Below are positions 57,576 through 64,000 of a DNA stretch of 64,000 nt, one piece after another. The stretch lies in the NCBI GenBank assembly GCA_042570545.1, contig JBHPGJ010000007.1:275-64274 (forward strand), given 5' to 3'. The notes under the pieces were generated by a model. That model saw only the letters and a list, made by a program, of their open reading frames with translations, was not told the DNA's origin and did no database searches. The DNA is from Patescibacteria group bacterium. Its GTDB lineage: Bacteria; Patescibacteriota; Patescibacteriia; JBHPGJ01. The position numbers and the translations under genes were made by a program. The stretch's first letter is position 1; every line of letters begins with the position of its first letter.

Positions 57576-58139
57576 CTACATTAGATTCATTGGCGTAAAA
57601 GAACGCCGATGTATTGGCGACATCCCGGATAAATTTAACAAACGATGATGTTCTTCGGTCCCATAGCCTTTGTGTTGATGAAAATCCCAATGCGGCAGCA
57701 AGCGATGGTGACCACTCATAATTGTATCTCTGATCACTTTGGCAATTATTGAGGCAGCAGCAATGGCGTCTATCTTGCTGTCACCCCTTATAATTGCTTT
57801 TACTGGCGTGGTACCGTATTTAATTTTTAAGGCGTCGACATATATTAGATCAGGCCGGATTTTCAGTTTACTTATAGCCTGAATCATTACCTGATGATTG
57901 GCATTTTGAATACCCCGGTTATCTATATGGCCGGCTTCTATTAGACCAACAGACCAAGCCACTGAATTAATTGTAATTTTACTAAAAAGTATTTCTCGCT
58001 GCCTAGCTGACAACTTCTTAGAATCAATTGGCTGAAAATTATATTTATCAGGCAAGACAACCGCAGCGGCAACTATTGGACCAGCCCAGGCACCACGACC
58101 AGCTTCGTCTACTCCGGCAATTATTGTACTTTTTTTCAT
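57576..58139 (-). CDS. rnhB: ribonuclease HII
   Basis: IAGVDEAGRGAWAGPIVAAAV N-terminal catalytic motif. Confidence 0.8.
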   Translation of the reverse strand: MKKSTIIAGVDEAGRGAWAGPIVAAAVVLPDKYNFQPIDSKKLSARQREILFSKITINSVAWSVGLIEAGHIDNRGIQNANHQVMIQAISKLKIRPDLIYVDALKIKYGTTPVKAIIRGDSKIDAIAAASIIAKVIRDTIMSGHHRLLPHWDFHQHKGYGTEEHHRLLNLSGMSPIHRRSFTPMNLM

Positions 58140-58275
58140 AACTTTAGTTTACCCCTTTTGTTCAAAATAAAGAACGGATAGTTCAGGAAATTAATATTTA
58201 CTTGACATTATAACCAAAACCTCATAAAGTTATCTGTTTTTCTGATGATCGCAAATGTTGTACTAGCCAGAGAAG

Positions 58276-59058
58276 GTGGTTGAAATGGAAAAACAGTATG
58301 TTCCTTGGCAGTTGGTCAAAGAGAAGGATTTCGCGCCTTTCATTAAGCTGGTTGAAGCTTATCTGCCAGCTATTCTGCTGAAGCCCGGTGATCTGTGGCG
58401 AGACCTAAGATGTCTGGTCCGGGTGGCAATTCTGAAGCAGCCGCATAGGGGACGAGAGATCGACGTGGTTAAGATCGCCGTTCACTTGATCTGGGACAAG
58501 CCGACCAAGAAGTACTTGCGCAAGCGTTACGGTCGTATTTGGTCGAAACAGAAGATCAATGAAGTTTACCGGAGCTTCGTCCGGCACGAAAAACGCTGGG
58601 GCATCAAGGACGTTGAGTGTCTGACCATCACCCTGAGGCGTAAGCCGACCGGGACCGACAGACGCTCGCTTAGACCCAGCCAGTTTGTACCGGTGGAAAT
58701 AAAATTCAGAAATGGCGCCCACTTTCGCGGCGTCCTGAAGCAGCTTTTTACCTGGTACAAAAAGCCGTCTGACGAAGTGATCGGACAGCACATGGTAACG
58801 GTCGATCTGACTGATCCAAGTATGAAAAAAGCTTTTCGCTGGATCAAGACACACATCGTACTGGTAATTGACAGTTACCATCACAGCTTATATTCACCGG
58901 CCGAACTTCAAGAGAAGAAGGTTCAGGAGAAGATAAGCAGCTGGAAACAAGTGGTGATACCGAAGATGAGGTATTTCACCAACCGGCTATGGCGCGCTTA
59001 CTCAATGCACCGGGATGGATTGTTCAGACGTACCCAAGAAGACTGGGAGCGTGGTTAA
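58276..59058 (+). CDS. hypothetical basic, Trp/Arg-rich protein (260 aa) in a GC-rich island
   Basis: GTG start with SD GAAGGTGG; promoter-like TTGACA-17-TAAAGT about 70 nt upstream; followed by a canonical terminator. Confidence 0.45.
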   Translation: MVEMEKQYVPWQLVKEKDFAPFIKLVEAYLPAILLKPGDLWRDLRCLVRVAILKQPHRGREIDVVKIAVHLIWDKPTKKYLRKRYGRIWSKQKINEVYRSFVRHEKRWGIKDVECLTITLRRKPTGTDRRSLRPSQFVPVEIKFRNGAHFRGVLKQLFTWYKKPSDEVIGQHMVTVDLTDPSMKKAFRWIKTHIVLVIDSYHHSLYSPAELQEKKVQEKISSWKQVVIPKMRYFTNRLWRAYSMHRDGLFRRTQEDWERG

Positions 59059-59065
59059 AGAATAT

Positions 59066-59098
59066 GGAGCCGCATCAACTGATCGGCTCCTTTATTTT
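59066..59098 (+). terminator. rho-independent terminator
   Basis: GGAGCCG-11 nt loop-CGGCTCC followed by TTTATTTT; a second 10-bp GC hairpin (GAGGGGTCGC/GCGACCCCTC) follows at about 59116-59144. Confidence 0.5.
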
Positions 59099-59341
59099 AG
59101 TCATAAAAATAAAGGGAGGGGTCGCTGGTTTAGGGCGACCCCTCGAAATTCGTACGACGATGTCGTGCAATTGTTGCTAAGCCGGACTCCTGATTCTCAC
59201 CATTGTATCCTCCAAAAGGAGAACTAACCCAGTATCCCGTGCTTTTAGTCGTTGCACGATCCTTGTTGTTGCCAATCATTTTCTTGAATCTTGTTTCCAA
59301 TAATATTGGAGTGATCGGGTTGACCATCAGGCCGACTACTT

Positions 59342-59377
59342 GGTACTGAGAAGTACCAGTGGGTACTGAGAAGTACC
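59342..59377. promoter_or_regulatory. two tandem copies of the palindromic site GGTACT-GAGA-AGTACC spaced 20 bp (operator-like)
   Basis: Seen directly: GGTACTGAGAAGTACC AGTG GGTACTGAGAAGTACC. Confidence 0.35.
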
Positions 59378-59630
59378 TGCACTTTTTACGTTTCGATCAC
59401 CAAGGGCGACTAACGTCACTCACAATATATCGGGAGTGTGCTTTGGGCACGGAAGATCTTAAAAAATGTTTGGGTTCAACAGGAACAAGTGCGTACAATC
59501 TATCATTTGAATGTCTGTTTGTCAATAATAAAAGGAGCAAGCCACTCCTTTGTCAGGTAACACTTGTCCGTAGACAAGTGAGTAGCTTGCTCCGTTCTGA
59601 CTCTTATCCAGAGCTCAGCGAGGTGTCGTG

Positions 59631-59753
59631 CTAAGCACGGATAATGGTCGTCCGCCGGGTCTTACGCTTGGCCGTGTTCTTGCGCTTGAAGTTGGCCTTG
59701 GTCTCGTCGATTGCCATGATTATGGCGTGCTTTGGTACTTTGGATGGTACCAT
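59631..59753 (-). CDS. small basic protein (40 aa; MVPSKVPKHAIIMAIDETKANFKRKNTAKRKTRRTTIIRA)
   Basis: Perfect SD AGGAGGT 7 nt upstream of ATG; stop embedded in a CGTGC-TAA-GCACG hairpin. Confidence 0.3.
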   Translation of the reverse strand: MVPSKVPKHAIIMAIDETKANFKRKNTAKRKTRRTTIIRA

Positions 59754-60341
59754 GGTCGTTACCTCCTGCATGTAGCAAAGGCAATTGTGTGAGCAGACCG
59801 CACCGTCAGCTGACGGCAACAATTAATGGGGTGGGATAAGATCGTCGCATCTTAACAGTTGGTTGGGGGCAGGATTTGGGCAAACCAGAAATGGTTAAGA
59901 TGGAACGAGGAGGGGATATTCCTCATGGGCATCACCTCACAGGTAGGCAGCAGCAGTTGGGGTCAGTCCGGGGACATCGGTAAGCGTTTGTGTTCGAAAG
60001 AACGGTAATACAAAAGACCTATTATCTAGGTCTGGCTGATTTTGTTTGGGTTAATTTTCATTTATTTTTAGCTGTTTTTAACATTTTACCCTTAAATATT
60101 TAACTGGTCAACCAACTAATTAACAAAAAATATTATTTTTATGGTCAGCATTGACATAACCCAATTTTTATGGTAGGGTGCTTGGTTATTTGTATCTGAA
60201 ATAAATAACATTCTCCCCTGAGAGTTTACTATTGAACTTTCGGGGGAGAAATGCCCTTAACATCTAAGCTACACAGTCACAACTTCTCCCGGTTGCGATA
60301 CGGTGTCGCAGCTGAATGTAATTTTTACATAGGAGGTAGCA

Positions 60342-61505
60342 GTGATGCTACGGACGTGTATCTGCGCAATAGCGCTGATCGTAATCGTCGTCTCCAGCGG
60401 TGTCCTGGCCCAGCCCGGTCTGTTCTTCGAGCGGACCGACGGGACCTATGGTTACATCGTGCAGGAGAATGACGACCTTGGTCAGTGGGGCATTGCGCTT
60501 GGCGCTTCCGACATATGGCTCGAACTGGTGGATGCCAATCCGCAGCTGGCGGATCCGGATCTCATCGTCGCGGGCGATACGTTAAACATTCCACCCACAT
60601 TGGTACGGACGTTCGAAATGCTGACAGCAGTTGATGCTGCCGGCGGACCGATGCCGACTAAGGGGGCGGGACCGGTACCAGTAGTCGAAGCTCAGACCGA
60701 GACCAACGGGTTTCCGTTGGGAATTATTCTAGCGGTGCTGATCACAGCACTGCTGGCGGCAATTCCACTTATCTGGTTGCGTCGCCGGAGGATCATAGCC
60801 GATCCGTATTACGGCCCACCGGTACATGAGGGCGGACTGCCAACGGTAAATGCAGCGGTGGATCACTTCACCCAGCGCTACCGTAATTGGCGGGAATCGC
60901 TTCATGTCAGTCGTGACCGGGTACTGCCGGAATCCGTCACTATTGCCAGCATACGGCCCGTTGAGGTCATGGGACCGATGCGGATCCGTTATGGCGGCAA
61001 GACGGGAACGGCAGAAAGAAACCTGCGACGATGGACTCCGGCCTGGGAGTGCCGTATGTCCGACAATACCGTTTACTACACGCTTCAAGAGTGTGGAAAC
61101 GATGTCATTGTTGGCAACGGCATGACCGCAATGCCGGAGACCCAGGTCAGGTCTCGTCAAAGCGAGAGCTTCGAGCCTCAGCGTCAAGTCTGGCCCGAGG
61201 TCAGAGATGTCGAACCCACCCCCGAGCTCGAGGTGCCCGACGAAGTCGCGGTCTACCAAGAGGTCAGGGTGAAGTCGGCCAATCGCTGGGTACTGCTCCT
61301 TGGAGAGGGAGCCGAGAAGATCATCGATATCGGTGTGCTCGGCGGTATCCTCAGTCTCGGTATCGATGGTGGCAACATCATTGCTAAGACCGACCAGGGC
61401 AGCAAGGTCATCGGTAGGATCGCCGAACCGACCACCCCGGAGGTAAAACCGGCAGATGATTCGGCTCAGACAGAGCCAGCTTCTGAAGAGGTACCGACCT
61501 CCTAG
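60342..61505 (+). CDS. LysM-domain membrane protein (signal peptide, LysM, TM, Pro/Glu-rich tail), about 58-60% GC
   Basis: LysM-like YIVQENDDLGQWGIALGASDIWLELVDANP...AGDTLNIP; signal peptide; internal TM LGIILAVLITALLAAIPLIWL; SD TAGGAGGT. Confidence 0.5.
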   Translation: MMLRTCICAIALIVIVVSSGVLAQPGLFFERTDGTYGYIVQENDDLGQWGIALGASDIWLELVDANPQLADPDLIVAGDTLNIPPTLVRTFEMLTAVDAAGGPMPTKGAGPVPVVEAQTETNGFPLGIILAVLITALLAAIPLIWLRRRRIIADPYYGPPVHEGGLPTVNAAVDHFTQRYRNWRESLHVSRDRVLPESVTIASIRPVEVMGPMRIRYGGKTGTAERNLRRWTPAWECRMSDNTVYYTLQECGNDVIVGNGMTAMPETQVRSRQSESFEPQRQVWPEVRDVEPTPELEVPDEVAVYQEVRVKSANRWVLLLGEGAEKIIDIGVLGGILSLGIDGGNIIAKTDQGSKVIGRIAEPTTPEVKPADDSAQTEPASEEVPTS

Positions 61506-61585
61506 CAGTTCACCGTGGTAGCAATACCACAAACCGACGGGTATCACTTACGAGTGGTACCCGTCAATTTATTTCCATTAAATAA

Positions 61586-62842
61586 TTACTTCATAGCAGC
61601 TGTTATTTTTTTCAGCGCTACTACATAGGCCCCGGTGCGCAAATCGGTACGATGAATTTTAGCTGCTGTCCAGACACTAGTGAATGCTTTAGTCATCATC
61701 TGTTCTAATCTTTTAAGCACTTCAGTTTGCTTTAATTTTTTATTGTTCATATTCTGCCACCATTCCAAGTATGAACCGGCCACACCGGCTGAATTAGCCA
61801 ATATATCAGGAACAATAATTTTCTTTTTGCCGAATAATATATCATCTGCTTCCGGGGCGATCGGACCATTAGCCATTTCGACAATTATTTTGGCTTTTAT
61901 GCGATTGGCATTTTGTTTGGTTATGACGTTTTCCAGAGCCGCTGGTACCAAAATATCAACTTTTTGTTCTAGTAGTTTATTATTAGTCACGCTTTTAAAA
62001 TTTACATAATCACATACCGTGCCGATACAATAGGCGCCACCGATCAGTCCGCGCTCCTGTTTGGTATTCATTACGTTTTCCGGATCCATATTTTTTCCAT
62101 TGATTGAGATTATGGCTCCACGCGAATCAGATAGGCCAACAATTTGGTAACCTTGCTGGTAGAGAAATTTTGCCGTATTAAATCCAACATTACCAAAGCC
62201 CTGGACGGCGACGGTAGTTTTTTTGGGCTTAAGTTTCAATTTTTTTGCGGCGGCATTTACAGCCACTACGCCGCCCCAGGCGGTGGCAATATCGCGTCCT
62301 CGTAATCCACCAACGGCAACTGGCTTACCGGTAAATGAGGCTGGTGTACGTCGGCCAACAAGCTTGGAATATTCATTAGCCATCCAGGCCATTATCTTTG
62401 AATTGGTGTAGACGTCAGGTGCCGGTACGTCAGTTTTGGGTCCCAACAATTGCCAGAAACAACGCACATAACCGCGGGATAGTTTTTCTAATTCTTTCTC
62501 TGACATTTTTTTGGGATCAACGGTAATCCCGCCTTTGCCACCGCCAAAAGGGATATCAATAACTGCACATTTAAATGACATCCAGGCGGCCAAGGCTTTA
62601 ACTTCGTCGATATTAGTTTCTGGATGATAACGAATGCCTCCTTTAAATGGCCCGCGAGCATTATTATATTGTACGCGGTAACCAGTAAAAATCTCGATTT
62701 GACCGCTATCCATCTTTACCGGTATAGAAAACCGCAACGACCGCTTTGGTTGTTGCAGCTGTTTCAGAATGTGCGCTGGCGGTTTGGCAATTTTTGCCGC
62801 CTTGGCCAGCTGCTTCAGCATTGACTGAAAAGGATTGATCAT
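61586..62842 (-). CDS. gdhA: Glu/Leu/Phe/Val-family dehydrogenase (glutamate dehydrogenase)
   Basis: Catalytic region GGGKGG and NAD(P)-binding VAVQGFGNVG. Confidence 0.85.
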   Translation of the reverse strand: MINPFQSMLKQLAKAAKIAKPPAHILKQLQQPKRSLRFSIPVKMDSGQIEIFTGYRVQYNNARGPFKGGIRYHPETNIDEVKALAAWMSFKCAVIDIPFGGGKGGITVDPKKMSEKELEKLSRGYVRCFWQLLGPKTDVPAPDVYTNSKIMAWMANEYSKLVGRRTPASFTGKPVAVGGLRGRDIATAWGGVVAVNAAAKKLKLKPKKTTVAVQGFGNVGFNTAKFLYQQGYQIVGLSDSRGAIISINGKNMDPENVMNTKQERGLIGGAYCIGTVCDYVNFKSVTNNKLLEQKVDILVPAALENVITKQNANRIKAKIIVEMANGPIAPEADDILFGKKKIIVPDILANSAGVAGSYLEWWQNMNNKKLKQTEVLKRLEQMMTKAFTSVWTAAKIHRTDLRTGAYVVALKKITAAMK

Positions 62843-63843
62843 TTCTTGTTTTTATTGGCTCGTCCCCAGTCGATGGTGGTGCCCTTAACTAAACCGTTTG
62901 TTTGTAAATACTTTTGAGCAGTCATGGCCGCCTTAGCACCCTCACCAGCCGAGACAATTATTTGCTTATAGTTAATCGAGGTCACGTCACCAGCGGCAAA
63001 CAGGCCCGGCAAAGACGTTTCATTGTCTTGACTAATGATTATATTGCCGCGAGCATTGACCTTAACATCACTTGATACAATATCTTTTTTTACCGTAAAA
63101 CCAACCTCAATAAATATACCATCAACCTTGATTTCTTTTTTATCATTGGGATCATCACAACCAATAATGGTGATTGATTCGACCGTATCTTGTCCGTCAA
63201 TTTTTTCTACCTCACAAGTTAATATTTTCTCGATGTTATTATGCTTCTTCATTCTTTCCAGCAATATTTTCTCTGCTGAAAACTCATTACGGCGATGAAT
63301 CAGATATACCTTAGGACAAATCTCAGCTAACAATAACGTAGCCTGAGCTGCCGAATTACCGCCACCGATAACAGCTACGGTTTTGTCTCTGAATTTGTGA
63401 GCTTCTTCCGAAGCTGTATAAACAACTCCCTTACCATATAGCTCTTCCTCCCCGGGCACGCCCAGATGCCGGCGAGTTAGACCGTAAGCCAATATCACCG
63501 CATATGATTTCCAAGTTTTTGTTTTTCCAATGGTTGTGAAAATTGGAACCACATCCCCGCCGGGTATGGTTGATTTTACATTGGTGACTTGGTCAAAGAA
63601 ATATTCAGCGCCAAAATCTTCACTTTGCGAACGAACCCTCTTCATTAAAGTGGGGCCGTCAATAAATTCTACACCAGGATAATTTTCAATTTCATCGGTA
63701 GTAGCGGCTTGTCCACCGATGTCTTGGCTTACTACCAGAGTTCTTAAACCGCGACGAGCAGAGAACAAAGCAGCCGTTAAACCGGCCGCGCCTCCACCGA
63801 CAATAACGACATCATGCTTAACTAAGTCGTCGTTCTTAGTCAT
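62839..63843 (-). CDS. trxB: thioredoxin-disulfide reductase
   Basis: FAD motif VVIVGGGAAGLTAA; NADPH motif VAVIGGGNSAA; 334 aa. Confidence 0.85.
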   Translation of the reverse strand: MTKNDDLVKHDVVIVGGGAAGLTAALFSARRGLRTLVVSQDIGGQAATTDEIENYPGVEFIDGPTLMKRVRSQSEDFGAEYFFDQVTNVKSTIPGGDVVPIFTTIGKTKTWKSYAVILAYGLTRRHLGVPGEEELYGKGVVYTASEEAHKFRDKTVAVIGGGNSAAQATLLLAEICPKVYLIHRRNEFSAEKILLERMKKHNNIEKILTCEVEKIDGQDTVESITIIGCDDPNDKKEIKVDGIFIEVGFTVKKDIVSSDVKVNARGNIIISQDNETSLPGLFAAGDVTSINYKQIIVSAGEGAKAAMTAQKYLQTNGLVKGTTIDWGRANKNKK

Positions 63844-63852
63844 TGCTGATAA

Positions 63853-64000
63853 CTAAGCTACCTTTTTTAACTCTTCAATCAATTTGTCTTTTTGAGTCAC
63901 GCCACTGGCCTGCCAGACAACTTCACCCTTTTTGAAAATCACTAATGTGGGAATCGACATTATTGTATATTTCTGTGCCGTTTTAGGATTATCATCTACT
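63853..64000 (-). CDS. trxA: thioredoxin (3' portion; gene continues beyond window end)
   Basis: C-terminal ...[34 protein letters not shown]. Confidence 0.65.
   Translation of the reverse strand, partial: VDDNPKTAQKYTIMSIPTLVIFKKGEVVWQASGVTQKDKLIEELKKVA

Noticed and set aside
58276-59058. Rolling-circle Rep (HUH) or reverse-transcriptase identity for the 260-aa island protein
   Set aside because: No HUH (H-hydrophobic-H) plus catalytic Tyr arrangement and no YxDD motif could be found; left as hypothetical.
59359-59634. 91-aa plus-strand ORF in the island's non-coding region
   Set aside because: Spans the tandem palindromes and nested hairpins; no SD; composition reflects structured non-coding DNA.
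60729-61547. 272-aa antisense ORF covering the LysM gene
   Set aside because: Has no SD and a Cys/Arg-rich, low-information translation typical of the reverse strand of a high-GC coding region.

Overview
64-kb chromosomal window from a low-GC (about 40%), gene-dense bacterium with many small membrane and hypothetical ORFs. The gene content is most consistent with a reduced-genome Candidate Phyla Radiation / Patescibacteria-like organism (inference only).

It opens with the 3' end of a 16S rRNA gene. No 23S/5S follows; instead there is a ~657-nt spacer and tRNA-Ile/Phe/Pro. Nine tRNAs are present in total.

Recognisable content:
- an anaerobic class III ribonucleotide reductase operon (nrdD-nrdG); the glycyl-radical domain of NrdD is encoded as a separate 57-aa ORF
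- a small-molecule/DNA sanitation cluster (Dtd, alkyltransferase-like (ATL), MazG-like, NUDIX)
- an orphan histidine kinase translationally coupled to a 738-aa surface protein
- a same-strand nine-gene block running from a PHP-family phosphoesterase through NnrE, PGI/PMI, transaldolase, a LOG-family protein, class I FBP aldolase, FBPase, transketolase and Rpe to RpiB
- CcdA, a two-gene ABC importer, rpoD, an MFS transporter, UDG family 4, trigger factor, endonuclease IV
- a PaaK-like adenylate-forming ligase next to three tandem PlsC acyltransferases
- a K+-dependent-type H+-pyrophosphatase, nusA, yraN, rnhB, gdh, trxB and the 3' end of trxA

The most unusual aspect is four compositionally aberrant GC-rich (about 50-60%) islands (about 18.1-18.8, 31.4-33.7, 49.0-49.7 and 58.2-61.6 kb). 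The last island contains a terminator, tandem palindromic operator-like sites, a small basic ORF and a LysM membrane protein.

No CRISPR array, transposase, integrase or recognisable defence system was found.

Coordinates of non-CDS features were obtained by counting relative to ORF-track anchors and may be off by 1 nt.
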